Shown one piece after another: positions 49,681-63,165 of a stretch of 64,000 nucleotides of DNA; the first letter of the stretch is position 1; every line of letters starts with the position of its first letter. The position numbers and the translations under genes are program-made. The notes beneath the pieces are model-generated. The model saw only the letters and a list, made by a program, of their open reading frames with translations, was not told the origin of the DNA and searched no databases. The DNA lies in NCBI GenBank assembly GCA_050084985.1, contig JBITNC010000002.1:4278001-4342000 (forward strand), written 5' to 3'. The DNA comes from Nageia nagi. Lineage: Eukaryota > Plantae > Pinophyta.

Positions 49681-51799
49681 TAGAAACCCTAAAAATACAT
49701 TTTATTAGGTCATAATCATTTATCATCAAAATAATATTACTTAACAAAATCATCAAAAATAGTAATACTATAATTATTCTATCGGCATTGTAATCAACCT
49801 ATTGACTTCAAATATCTTGTAATCGACCAATTGATCCTAAAAAACTATCTATAAAAGTGAATTTAAAATATAAAAATCAAAATAATGAATCATTTTGACA
49901 ATCTAGCAATCAATCTTTAAACATTATGAATATTTTGTATTTGAACATCTGAGCATACTTTGAGCATTTATTGAAAATACTTAGATTTTAAGAGGGAATT
50001 CAATATACTTATTTAAGTTTCATGATCTCACCCCATGTTAACATGTAATGAGGTATTTGTGATCAAATAATTGTATATTATGCCATATGCTTGGCTTTCT
50101 TTGTGAATTGCTATTATAGGTACATATATTGAGCGATCTTGGAGTAATTAGAAGGATGTTTGTAGCCTTTTATGTCATTTAATTTATCTTACATAATTGT
50201 TTGCATGAAGTATGTATCTTAGGATAAAATCATGATAAACTCATGTTAGCTTTGCATCAAGATAAAAATTTGTACTCTGGATTCCTATGACATCATGAAC
50301 CTATTTTGTATTGTGAAGTAACAAACAAAAGTTCTTTTATGTTCAAACAACAAAAAATTCACACTCCAAAAGAATCTGACATCACGATGTTAACTCTACA
50401 CTCCAAAAAAGCAAGGAAAATAAATAAATCCACATCTCAAAGAAGGATTACATCATCATGGCATATATGAATCTTGGATTCATTCAAAAGCTTACTCTGT
50501 AGTGTGAGTTTATTCAATAATAGTTGTACATATTAATTCCCTATCATATGTTGCCATGTATCCCTCTGCAATCTAGAATTGTAATTGTAAATTGAAGGAC
50601 TTCACACATTGAATCATCTAAAATCAATATATCAAGGAGTCCCAAGAAGTTTCTACATATCCTAAAACATAAATTCGTACTTCAAAAAGGCTTACATCAT
50701 TACATCAGCTCCACATTGCAAATTATTGCAAAATACATTATGAATTTATTTTTAACAACTAGAATTGGTGCAAATTTCATTAGGGAGGATGCAGATTTAC
50801 TCTAAACTCAACAATAAAGTCTAAAAAAGCTTTAAACCACCAAATACCCTTGTATATAAATTTATCATCAAAGGATTGAAGGGATAAGGTTATCAAGCTA
50901 CTGACTAACATTGACTTAAGGTGCATAAGTTGATAGTTGGGCCATGATTGAGTTAATAACTCTTGTAAACATATTTTTGAAGAAAGTCTAATCATAAGAA
51001 AGGGCCAAAAACCATCATATCAACTACAATAAATCCTAAGGTAAACATATTCAAAGAGATTCTAACTATAAACATGCGATTTGCTCAGAGAAAACCTTGA
51101 TCTTGATCAGATATTTGTCGATAATATGGTAAATAAGGAATTCATGATCGAAAGCTTCAAGAAAGGACTTGTACCTTCAGATTGAGGAGATAAGGGTAAT
51201 CTTGTTATTTTGTAACACCAAATTAATCTAATTTCTTTAGGAATTGATACCCAATATATGTAAATATCTATCAAAAGGTCTATAAATCTTATTTTGTAAT
51301 CAATGAGAGTATACATCTCATAGTTTGTAATTAATTTAGTAGGTAGGGAAGCCATCTCAAATCTTGTATTTTCTATAAATACAAGTGACTTCTACTAAAT
51401 AAAAGATCATATTTTTATGTTAAATATTACCCTCTGAATATTACTATTTGTATTTTGGAATGACGAGCTCATAGTGTTTGCCCTCTCAAATTGTGTATGA
51501 AATCTTTATTTCTCTAAGGTTGTTGCTCATAGTTGCACATATCCTAGGAAGGAATTTATGTATGGATTTGATTAATGTTGTTAGGTACTATAGTTATTTT
51601 ACTAGTATAAGTAGCTAAGATTACCTTTGGCGGTGCTAGTTCACCCTAGTTAGTCTTATACATTTCTAACTCTTCCCTTTCTATCCCTTAAACTCAAAAT
51701 CACAATGGATAAGGAGTTGATATTCATACTAGAGATCAATTTACATCTAGGTGGTATCTTGCATCCAGGACTTATGTTGGTTAAATGAGTGCAACTCAT

Positions 51800-52750
51800 T
51801 TATTACATTAGGTCAATCAACACAGTTTCATGGTTTGCAATAATTGTATAATATGCATAAAATATATTTTCAAAGAAAATACCTAAGACTATTGAGGGAC
51901 TATTAAAATTCACTACCAAAATGCTCATAAAATGTAAACTAGATGTGTGGAAGTGTTTACATGGTGCTTGTAATTTGAATCTTTGAGTTATGAATGCCCT
52001 AATAGACATGTACGCAAAATGTGGAAGAATACAAAAGTTTGAGAATTAGTTTACAAGATGTATGATGTAAACATAGTCTCATGGCCTGTAATGATTGCAT
52101 GATATGCACAAAATAGGTTTAAATTTTAGAGAAAAGCCCTAAGACTATTGAGGGACCATTGAACTTCACTGCCAAATACTTATAAAACCTAAATTGGGTG
52201 TGTGGATGTGTCTAAATGGTGCTTGTAATTTAAATGATTGGGTTTAGAATACCCTGATATACATGTACATAAAATATAAAAGAGTACATAAGGCCGAGAA
52301 TTATTTTACAAGATGCATGATACAAACACAATTTCATGGTTTGTATTGATTGCACTATATGCACATCATGGGTTTCTAGAGAAAAGCCCTATGACTATTG
52401 AGGGACCATTGAATTTCACTACCAAAACACTCATAAAATATGAATTAGGTATATGGAAGTGTCTACATGATGCTTATGATTCAAATGTTTAGGTTTTGAA
52501 TGACTTGATAGACATGTACACAAAATGTGGAAGAATACACAAGACCTGGGGATTTTTAGACAAGATGCATGATGCAAACACATTTTTATGGTTTGTAATG
52601 ATTGCATAATATGAAAAAATAGTTTTTCAAAGAAAATCCCTAATATTATCAAGGGATCATTTAACTTCATGGTTTGCAATAATCCCAACACACACACAAA
52701 ATGGGTTTTCAAAAAGTTCCCTAAGACATGTATGCAAAATGTGGAATAAT
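51800..52750 (+). repeat. ~250-bp tandem repeat (about 4 units), each containing a PLS-class PPR coding fragment
   Basis: The anchor gactattgagggac recurs at ~51887, 52143, 52393 and (diverged) 52643. The unit translates MNALIDMYAKCGRIQK...KM.D.N.VSW..MIA.YAQN.F.EKALKT with stops and frameshifts. Confidence 0.85.
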
Positions 52751-52999
52751 GTACCTCATCCTTCTACTATCAAGCCTTGTTGAACCTCTCCTCTCCTTTA
52801 CTCCTCTCCTTGCTCTCTTCCTCTCATCTCCTCTCCTCCCCTCTCTCTAAATGCCGATAATAATCCTAGATGTAACCCCTCCAAAATGAGATAGCTTATG
52901 TAATCCTACATGATTGTTTATTTATTGATTTAGATTTTGGTGAGATAAAGGGGCAATTTTTGCCTTCCACCTAATGATTTAGAGAGAGCTAGTATGATA

Positions 53000-55400
53000 A
53001 TTTTTTGTATTGAGATAAATAACAAAAGAAACAACTAGATGAAATCTCTAGAATCTTACTCTCACTACATATCAAAATTTCTATAATTGTTGGTAGAAAG
53101 ATATGGGATATCATATACATGAGCTCATCAGCTAAAGTAGAGTGCAAGGAAACATCTAGAACCAAGAGACATATAAAGAAATTTGAAACTCTTAAAAACC
53201 ATGTTAAGCTAATTTTGAAAACTAATATTTTACCTAATTATGTTGATTATACCCCATATCTTGATAATAAGATTCATTATAGTAAAGATATGCTTCTAAA
53301 CCTTCACAGCACCACTCATTCAATTTTATTAACTAGCATTTCTCCTATGTTGTTATATAATAGTTTTCCTAATAACCTAGAAATATTATATGAATATCAT
53401 ACATGCAATGATAAAATTCAAGACCCTTTAGTTGTTTATTTTCCTTGTTCCTCTTCTATAATTGATGCATCTTCTTCATATTTTAATGCATATATATCAC
53501 CCTATGAGATACACTCTCCTTCTCCCACTCCTTTTCATGTTAATGATTTAGTTATAACTAATGGACAATGCTTACCTAGAAATTTTGAAAGGTCTATGTT
53601 CAAAGGTGTTGTTAATCTTTGTAGTGTTGTTCTAAGTAATCATGTTATGAATATTTTGAATAAAGGTATCAATTTTACTCCCAAGCAAATTCCTTATGAC
53701 AATTTATTTGTGGTATTGAGTTAGTTATAAAAGACCTTCCTAATAATGTGATTGGAAATATTCTCTAAGATTGTGTAAGAGTATTAAAGAAGGAAAAACC
53801 ACCAAAGAAAAATACTTTCAAGCATGAAGAGGTTGCTTTAAGAGAATTGAAAAATAAGAAAGATATTTTCATACTTAAAGTGGATAAAGGAAATGCAACT
53901 ATAGTTCTTGATGTTAATGAATACCATGCAGAAATGTTAGATCATCTTATTTCTTTAGTAGCTATAATAAATTCCTAGAAGATTAATTCCTAAAATATTA
54001 GTCATACCAAGGATATATGGGATCCAAAAAATACATAAATAAGGTATTCCAATTAGGCCCATTATGGATACCATTGACTCCCCAACTTATGAGTTAGCTA
54101 AATATTTAGCCAAGGAAAACTTAAAACACCCATTAGGTAAGACATCTTCATACATTAAGAACTTCAAACATTTTATAAGCAAGTTAAAGATTTGTAAAGT
54201 TAAGGATAGTGATATTTTGGTTAGTTTTCATGTTGTTTACTTATACACAAAAATCCCTATAGATAAATCACTAAAGGTTATATCTAACTTAGTAAACCAT
54301 GATACACTAGCTTTGATTAAAATATGCCTTGAAACTACATTTTTAAGTTACAAAGGAGATTTCTATGAACAAGTATATGAGGTAGCAATGGGATCTCCAT
54401 TATCTCCCATTGTTGCAAACTTATATATGGAATGGTTTGAAAACAAAGACTCTTGATTCATTTCCTCTTAAATCAAAATGGTGGGATAGATATGTGGATG
54501 ACACAAATATGAATTGGCCACATGGAAAATATTCACTTGAAGTTTTTCATAACCACCTTAATTAAATTGATGATAGTATTCATTTTACAAAAGAAATTGA
54601 ACATGATAATAAGATTCCATTCCTTGATGTAATAGTTTATAAAAAGGATAATGGGGATATGGGGTAGGTATATAGAAAAAAGACACATACAGACATATAC
54701 TTGCATGCCTCATCTCATCATCATTATGCTCAAGAAATGGGGGTACTCAATACTCTTATAACTAGAGCCCTTAGAATTTTAGATAATGACCATATACATA
54801 AGGAGAAAATGCATTTAACTAAAGCAATAATGAGTAATGGTTATTCTATTAAAGAGATTAGACACGCATGGAATAAGATAGAAAGAGGAAAAACTAATGA
54901 GAGACAAGATTGTAATAATACTAATTCATACATAGGGGTAGCCTAACTTCCTTATATTAAGGGTTTAAGTGATAATTTAGCTAAAATATTAATGAAAGCA
55001 CATGGTAGGATAAATTTTCTTAATCTCAATAAATTAGAGAACATGTTCATATATGTGAAGGACCACTTAGAACTATTACAACATAAAGCTATATATAAGA
55101 TAATATGTGAGTATGGAACTTATTACATTGGTGAAATAGGTAGATCAATACTTGAAAGAGTTAAAGAATATTATGCAAATTTACAATCTAATAGAATAAT
55201 CAAATCTGCCCTTATTGAATATGTAAATAAGACTAAATACTGTATAGTCATGGATAAGGTTGAAGTCTTAGCTAGATGTGATAAATTCCAAGAATGAAGA
55301 ATTAGATAAGCTATTGAAATCAAACTTAACCCTAATAATATTAATAAAGAACAAGGTATTGAGATTAGTAGGGCATGGTTACCTATTATTTACCTAATTT
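53000..55400 (+). mobile_element. Penelope-like element (Dryad-type), decayed RT + GIY-YIG endonuclease ORF
   Basis: VVNLCS..LS...ILNKGINF, ILKVDKGNATIVL at ~53880, SPTYELAKYL, AMGSPLSPIVANLYME, YVDD at 54491-54502, IPFLDV, YLHASSHH and AIYKIICEYGTYYIGEIGRS...RVKEY. Conifer PLEs are known as Dryads. Confidence 0.92.
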
Positions 55401-55634
55401 AATAACAAAGAAGGAAAAATAATATGATACTAAAATAGCTATAACTTTTGCATTTTAACTTGATTTTTCATGTTCTTTACATCGTTGGAAATATATTTTT
55501 ATGTAAAATTTAACTATATTAATATTTTTGGTATTTTATAATGATAGAGGATTGACATTGATCTTATAAGATTTGGTATTATTAATCTCCACTTAAAGAA
55601 GAAGATTCCACTTTATTTTCTTCATTTAATAATT

Positions 55635-55670
55635 TTGAAGATGGGTCCCATAGTTTGGACTCGAAACATC
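55635..55670 (+). ncRNA. Decayed minimal hammerhead-ribozyme motif in the PLE 3' pseudo-LTR
   Basis: TTGAAGA-T-GGGTCC-catagttt-GGACTC-GAAACATC, compared with the PLE-type core CTGAAGA..stem II..GAAACGTC. Stem II pairs 6/6 with one G-U; the two core changes are transitions (C>T, G>A). Confidence 0.6.
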
Positions 55671-55799
55671 AATAATTAAAATTCATATGCAAGTCAACTC
55701 CAAACCACTAAAGAGGATAATTATCTAGTACCACTTAGGGAAAAATTACTTCAAATAATCAATGGACCTAAAATGATGTCATTATTACATGGCCTCTTA

Positions 55800-57470
55800 C
55801 ACTATAATCATATATTAATTGTTGAAAAAAAAAGAAAAGATGGCTTACACAAAATTATAGAAAATATCTGCCTATAAATGCATGTTGTTTAAACTCACAA
55901 ATATCAAATCCACTTTCAAATAGTGATGGATTATACTTTCATGGATCTTATTGATTTCATCATTATTATTTACTTAAATAACATGATAGTATTTAAAAAC
56001 AAATGAGAGAGAGATATAATGGATCATGTAAAGTAAGTATTTTTGTAATGTAAAAAAAATAGTATATCCCTAAATTCAAAGAATTCAATATTTAGGGTAA
56101 CTAAAAGAAAATTGCTTGGTCATATGATTAGAAAAAAGGGATATTTATTGAGATAGGAAGAGTTTAAGCAATCAAGAAAATCTCTTTAATAGACAACAAG
56201 GAAGAGCTACAATCATTTTTTTGAAAAATAAATTTTTTACTTAAATTTATCCTTAATTTTGTATAATTATCCACTTGATAAGATGAATACCTAAGAAAAA
56301 TATTGATTTTAAATGGATAAACGAAGTAAAGGATGCCTTCAAAAATATCAAAATACTCAATTGCTTCAACATGAATATTAGTATGTCTAGATTATGCAAA
56401 ACCATGTAATTTATATATGTCTACCTTAGATCATATAATATTAGGAATGTTCATGCAAAAGAAAAAAGAAGGCATTGAATAACTAGTATAATTTATGAGT
56501 CATTTACTCAAAAGAGATGAAACCATATAGTCTCTTTTGCCAAAGAAGGCTTTCATTAAGGTTAAATCTATTAAGAGTTTTAGAAACTAGTTTTAAAATA
56601 AAGTTACAATCTTTTTACTTGATTCTCTGATCAAAACCTTATTGATCCAATAAGAATTAAGAGTTGAAAGAGTATATTGGATCACAAAGTTGGCCGATAA
56701 TAATTTGAAAATATTCAAGCCTACTAAACTAGTGAGGGGTAAAGGCTTATGCCAACTCATAAAAAAAATTCAAATGACCTATGTTAAGATTTTATTTATT
56801 CCTCCCTTATATCCCTTAGACTAGTATGATGAATTATTATCCCATTTTATTTTAAGAAAGGATCCAACATACTAGTAATCAAAGCAAAAAAGGAAGTTAA
56901 AACTCAAATCTATGACTTATTATCTCAAAGATGTATTTATAAAAAAAAAAGATTATATCCTTCTCAGATGTATACCTCCTAAGTCAATGGTTAAAATTCT
57001 TCAAGAAATGCACACAAATATTTGTAATGGATATCAAGCTCCAACTACAATTGGATACAAAGTTATATGAGTAAGTTATCACTAGCATAATATTTTGAAA
57101 GACTCATATGCATTGATTTGCAAGTATCAACCTTGTCCACAATCGATGAGGGTAATTAGTTACAAGCTAGATGCATGGAATTATTGAAACTAGAGAAAAT
57201 GCATCTCAAAACATATCAAGACTCCATCCATAATCAAGAGAAAATTAAAAATTCATTTGATAAATAGACTAATCTCAGAGAATTTAAGCTAGGAGATAAC
57301 TTATGGTATGCTAGGAGAGAAGACCCAAAAAGTGTGCTAAATTTGAACCTCAATGGCTAGATCTTTAGTCATATTATGTAAATAAGTAGCAATACATACT
57401 TTCTCATAGATCATAATGGTGATGATTTTTGGTCACTATATAATATATATCATTTAAAGAAATTCTTTAG
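55800..57470 (+). mobile_element. Highly decayed Ty3/Gypsy (non-chromovirus) pol: RT end, RNase H, integrase
   Basis: WITKL...KPTKLVRGKGLCQL at ~56680-56760; integrase zinc finger LLRCI...ILQEMH..ICNG...GYKVI at ~56960-57130; ends HLKKFF at ~57450. Confidence 0.75.
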
Positions 57471-57916
57471 ATAGCTGATCATCAATGAATATTTTTTTTT
57501 TGAATAAATAAAAAAAAGACTTTAATCTATAAAGAAAAACTCTATAAGATATTACATCAATATATTAAGAAATTTAATTTGTGATTAATCTCTAAAATTT
57601 TATCAAATTAAAAAGATGATCAATTAGTAATTACAATTTAATCCAATCAAAAGAACTAAAATAAAGTTAAATGATTTTACTACATATCTTAATTTTATTA
57701 AAAATTAAGTAAAAATAAAATATTTTTATTTTCAGACAAACGTTGATAGATCTTATTTAAAATTTAGTTGTAAATTTTTGTTTTTAAAAGATGGTCTCAA
57801 AGGAATTGTCGATGTTGACAAAAGATTATGACTTAAACTTTAGAATTGATTCTATACCATAATGTACTATATATATTTTTTGAAATAATATAAATTTAAA
57901 CTTTTAAATTTTATAG

Positions 57917-58335
57917 ATGACGTGCTACAACAGCCTTACAGACCAGATGTCAGGAGGCCCCACAATCAGCTGCGTACGAGCTGCTAAAGGGCTAAACTGC
58001 TAAAGCCAGGGTCATATGCCTCTAAAGGTTGCGGCGCTTCCCGAGGAATCTTTAAACACCGGAAAAAGGACACGTCGCCGTCTCATCTGCGGATACCGGC
58101 TACGCCGCCTTTTACAGCCTGAAACGGTTTCCTGACGTCCTTCTGATTGATCAGCTTCGAGTCCACGTCAGCCTTGTCGGCCGACAAGAACCGAAGAAAT
58201 TGTACAGAAATGCTGTCACGTGACGGCGCAGAGCCGCAAAGGCCTGTTGTCACGTGACCTTGTTTGTTTACGTCATCGTGTGGGGACAGTGACGTCACGG
58301 ATCCTTGCTCCGGCTTTTTGGTCCCCTTGTCGGAT
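57917..58335. promoter_or_regulatory. CpG-retaining island dense in ACGT (bZIP/bHLH) and DRE-like motifs; candidate enhancer
   Basis: Abrupt GC/CpG-rich island in very AT-rich flanks. Eight ACGT cores, including GTCACGTGAC x2, GTGACGTCAC and CCACGTCA, plus the palindrome CTTGTCGGCCGACAAG. Confidence 0.6.
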
Positions 58336-59719
58336 TCAACAACTCTACAAGAAATTTAAGCTTTTACATGTGGGTTGTAATTTTTAAGGACTTTTTCATA
58401 TTCCGTGTCTCGGGCTTTGGTGTTACTTTTGTACGATTTTCAAATAATATAATTTGAATGAATTCCCTCATAATTCTAAATTTAGATAATCAATCCTTTA
58501 TTTATATTTTATATGAAATTTATTTAGTTGAATAAGAATATCAAGTTAATTCAAATATTCTAAGTGTGTGTAAATATACGAACTATAAGTGTCAAAATAT
58601 ATGAAACCATATATAAGGTTAGTATTAATATCTTATTTCTTCAGTTTGAGTAGAGTTAAGGTATAATGAGTAGAGTTAATTGACTAGAATTAAAGTACAA
58701 TGTATGTTTGCTTTCAAAAGAATAAAATAATAGCAGATATAGTTCATAGTCTTCTAGTTTTAAGCTTTTTACAAAATTCATGTATTTGTGATTTTTTAGG
58801 AAAGATGTTGAATCATTTTAATTTCTTCTCGATAAAATAAAGTACAACTTTAAGGTACTTTATTATACACACACAACAAGACTATTTTGCTTAGGAGCAA
58901 GCTATCCAACATCCTAAATCCCCCCCCCCCCATTGGTCGATGTTGGTAGGGCCTGCTCACTTTTCGATGCTATGTCATAGCGAAAGGCATGCATGCATGA
59001 GCCATGTCCCATGTGCATATCGGGTTAAACATATAAAGTTTAATCTTTTTTTGTAAATCAAAATTCCTTTGATTTTTTGGAAAGTAGACTTCGTTTAGAT
59101 CATAAATGAAATGTGTTTAACCCATGATCTAAATGCCTTTCAATTTGCCCAATATAAACAAAATGTGTTTACCCCAAGTAAGATTGTTGTTTGTATTTTT
59201 ATATAGGGTTAAAAACATCCCATTTACTCAAGGCATTTACAATGTCTCATCCACTACAATATGGGGGAGTTAAACTTAAGGTGTTTACACCTCCTAGATT
59301 GCCCACTTGAATTTGACCCCCCTTGATTTGAATGTCACCCGCCACTAAGATGCATTTATGAGGGGGGATGAAATGCTTGTTATTTACATATTTTAATGTT
59401 AGGCATATAACCCGCATCATTGTAAATAGAAGGCATTTATCTTAGAGCCTATCATATCACCTTGCATGCATTTTTATGTGGTCAACCACCTTTTATGTGT
59501 CCATTAATGATAGGGGTTAAACGATATTTATTTTTATGAGTAAACATGAGGTGTTTACACCATGTCACAAATTTAGAAGTTATTTTAGGGAAAAGGAGAA
59601 GGTATTTATCCACTATCATGAATTTCAAGGACTCTTTAGCAATAAATAAAAAGTTTATCCCATATTTTTCACATTATCGCCCTAGCTCATTACTAGTTAC
59701 ATTGATGTTATAGAGCGGT

Positions 59720-60560
59720 TAGATGAGCAACCATCATTTTCATTTTCAATTTTGTTTCTATTTCAAGTAAGTTGTTTGTGCCTCGTTGCTATTTTATTTT
59801 CTATACTTGTTTATCATGAAATTCACAAACATAATGTTTGATTAAAATATTAACATGATTTCACAACAATAACATTCTATTGTTTGTCATGGCATTGAAA
59901 ACCATAATATTTGATAAAAATACTAACATGATTTTACAACCACAACATTTGATGGAAATCCATTTCCATAATTCGTATATCTTGTGATCATTGTAGTCCA
60001 TAAATTTGTGTTTACACCATGCATATTCTTAAATAATTCCTAGTCATTATTTATTTTCAACATGTTGCATACATGTAGAATAATAATTGATGAAACATAT
60101 TTCCATAATTTTGTAACCATAATGTTCGATGAAAAGTTATGAGCCAAGAAAACATAGCTTGCATTCAGAACCACAATATTTGATGAAGCCATGTTGGTTT
60201 AGGTTGTTTCTTCCATAACATTTGATGAAATGCTAGCTTGTATTTTTCCACACTTTACATATATGCAAGTTTGCAATTTTTAGATGAGCAACAATGGTTA
60301 AGGATTTTAGTCTATAATTTTCTTCAATTGAAGTAAGTTGTTTATGCCTCGTACCTATTTTGTTTAGTATACTTGTTTATCATGACATTTACAACCATAA
60401 TGTTCAATTTAAACCCTAGCTTGATTTTATAAGCACAATAATCGATTGTTTAGCATGACATCCATAATCATAATGTTCAATAAAACCCTAGCTTTTATTC
60501 TTCCACATTTTAGGGTATCCACAACCATAACATTCAATGAAAAACCATTATGAATTACTC
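59720..60560. repeat. Duplicated ~560-bp unit with many ACAACCATAATGTTCGATGAAA-like subrepeats
   Basis: tagatgagcaac...aagtaagttgttt(g/a)tgcctcgt...tatacttgtttatcatga starts at 59720 and at 60281. Confidence 0.75.
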
Positions 60561-60589
60561 TTTGATGGATGTACATACCTTATTTTAGA

Positions 60590-62110
60590 GTTTCCATGTT
60601 GGCACATGTTGGAAAAATATTGGCAAAGGTTGCAAAGTTTGTATTCTTCCATATTTTGCATCTACTTAAAGTTTGTAGGAGTTTTCTAGAAAAAATCATT
60701 TTTTGCATATCTTACAATCATTGCAATCCATGAGACTACATATCAATAAGGCATTTTGTCAAACAAGTCTCGTTTCTTTTCAATGTATCCATTTTATGCA
60801 TATCCTATGATAATTGCATTCTATGAAACTATATTTGCATCATGCATCTTGATAAAGAATTCCCAAGATTTGTCTATTCTTCCATAGTTTACATCCATAT
60901 AACAAAGCTTTTTCAAGTAAATTATTTATTTTAGTTAAGTTTTTGACTATCATGATCTTGTAGTTATATTAATTTTAATTAAGGTATATTGTCAAACAAT
61001 TCACGATCCCTTTCAATTTATCTATTTTGTGCACATCTTAAGATTATTGCATTTCATGAAATTATGTTTACATCATGAATCTTGATAAATGATTCTTGGG
61101 ATTTGTGTATTATTCCATTTTCTTCATCTATATAACATGAGGGTTGTAAATACTTTAATGTGAGTGATACAAGAGTTTATGCCAATATCATATGGGGTAA
61201 AGCGATTTCTCGTCAACATTCCATATTTTGACAAGTTCAAAAAAATAATAATATTAAATAACATCTCTAGAAGAAAAAATATAGAATATTAATAGGTATT
61301 CATTTTAATCCACATGAGTTTGAAATTAGCTCATCCATTCCTCACATTAAATTGTTTACAACCCTCATGTTATATGGATGTGAAATGATGTTAGTAGTGG
61401 ATGTGAAGGAAAAATTACAAGATGCCAAAAGGAGGTAATTTTCTTCAAAAATGTATTTGATATAATTGTGTAGAATGTTATTCATTTTTTATGGCTATTA
61501 TTTTATAAGTTCACTGCAAACAATCTGTAGTAGATTTGGTATTCTATGAAATTTAAAATAACATAGTTGTATGAAAAATAAAAAGGAAACTAAAAACCAA
61601 TTAATTGTCATATTTTTTGCACTATTTTTGAACTTTTGGAGTACAAAGAAGTTTTACATATAGGTTAAGAAAATATTAAGGTAAAACATAAGAATGATAG
61701 AATATTATCCATTGCAGTAAAGTTTGATCATGTTGTAACTTTAGTTGTAAATTTTGCATTCCATAAGATTATGCTTTTGTCCTTCATTTTGTTCAATAAT
61801 TGATAAGCCTTATGTATGTTCTCAATCTTAGCATACATGCCTATCATATTATTTATGCAAATAAAATTTGAATGAAAATCACTTCTATATTTTAGGGTTG
61901 ACACACAAAAAAATAACACTAGAAAAGATGAATTTGCTATGTGGAACAAGACTTCCATTTCATTGCATTTGGTAGAAGAGGGCTAATTCCTTATTATAAA
62001 CCCTTCTTGTTTATAAGGTACAATATTCATGACATTCTACATCTCTCTCAATAATTCCATCAAAATAACAATAACCATCTATGAGGCTACTACACTTGAT
62101 ATACATTTGG
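60590..62110 (-). pseudogene. Scattered PLS-class PPR fragments
   Basis: Minus translations GRIDKSWEFFIKMHDANIVS.NAIIIGYA.NGYIEK.RDLFDKMP..VVSWIAMIVRYAKN (60690-60900, partly repeated at 60990-61130) and NNMIGMYAKIENIHKAYQLLNKMKDKSIILWNA (ORF 61728..61958). Many stops. Confidence 0.8.
61123..61387. repeat. ~42-bp inverted repeat with ~176-bp spacer (MITE-like or foldback)
   Basis: catctatataacatgagggttgtaaatactttaatgtgag (ending 61164) versus ctcacattaaattgtttacaaccctcatgttatatggatg (starting 61341). Confidence 0.75.
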
Positions 62111-63039
62111 AGAAGGATGTTGCATATATTATTAAATATAGTCTAAAACTAGTCAATTACATTTTTGAAAATACTTGAGAAGCTCCAAACAATTACTAAT
62201 GTAGTCCATGTAATTGTGTTGTAGTGGTTATTTGAGAACATTTGAGAGACTCTAAGTAATATTGTTTATGGATTTATCTTTTTTAAAAATACATAGGTGG
62301 AAGGAAGCCTTCAGTTAGTGCATTGGGGGGGGGGGGGATTCTCTTAATAGAAAGCATTCAAAACATGTGCATGCACATGCTTATTAAAAAACCCCCTATT
62401 TTTAAAATTTACCAACTCCCATTTTAATTCTCATGGTAAACTCCTATATAATAAATAATACCCCTTTTAAAAAACTCACTATTTTACAAAAGAAAAGAAT
62501 TTGAATCGATTTTTAATACATCTTACTCATTTTACCATTTCATCAATGTATAATATTTTCTTCAAAAGTAAAAAAGTTGACTTGGAAATGGGCCTTAGAG
62601 ACTAGGGATCCACCTCTACTACATAGTTAATATTATATTTGCACTCTTTATCTAAGCTTAATACAATCTCTTCTTAACCAACCACAACTACATGTACTCT
62701 TCTTTAGCTAGATATTATGAAGATTTGTAAGCTTTGGAACATATATCAATCATATCTTAGATGAAGAAAACCCTATCCATATTGATAGTAGACATCCTTC
62801 CTTGGTTGACCATTTAAATTCATTCAATATATTTAAATTGATTTAATTTTGTAAAAAGATAAATAAACAAATTAACTTAATATATAGGAATAAATTCAAT
62901 AATAAAATAATATAATAATATTTTAATTATTTAATAATATTAAAATTGAAGAGCAATAAAATAATATTATCATATAGGAAGACTTTGGGTATGCCAAGTA
63001 GATAAAATGTCATCCAACCCCTATTTTACCACCCATCTT

Positions 63040-63165
63040 GAAAACCCCTTCCCCTTGGTAACCCCTTCCCTCTTGGTAACCCCCACCCCTGATAACCCCC
63101 CATCATTGCTAACCCCCCCTATTAACCTGCCTACTTCGTAAAAACCCTTACCCCCCTCCCCTTAT
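63040..63165. repeat. C-rich ~18-bp subrepeats (AACCCCTTCCCCTTGGT-like), probable TE subterminal region
   Basis: Repeated taacccc...ccc units are seen directly; the TE assignment is a guess. Confidence 0.45.

Noticed and set aside
51800-52750. Functional PPR gene
   Set aside because: Every unit has stops and frameshifts, and the units are separated by non-PPR linkers.
58083-58298. 71-aa minus ORF in the GC-rich island
   Set aside because: It is short, has no recognisable motif and is expected by chance in GC-rich sequence.
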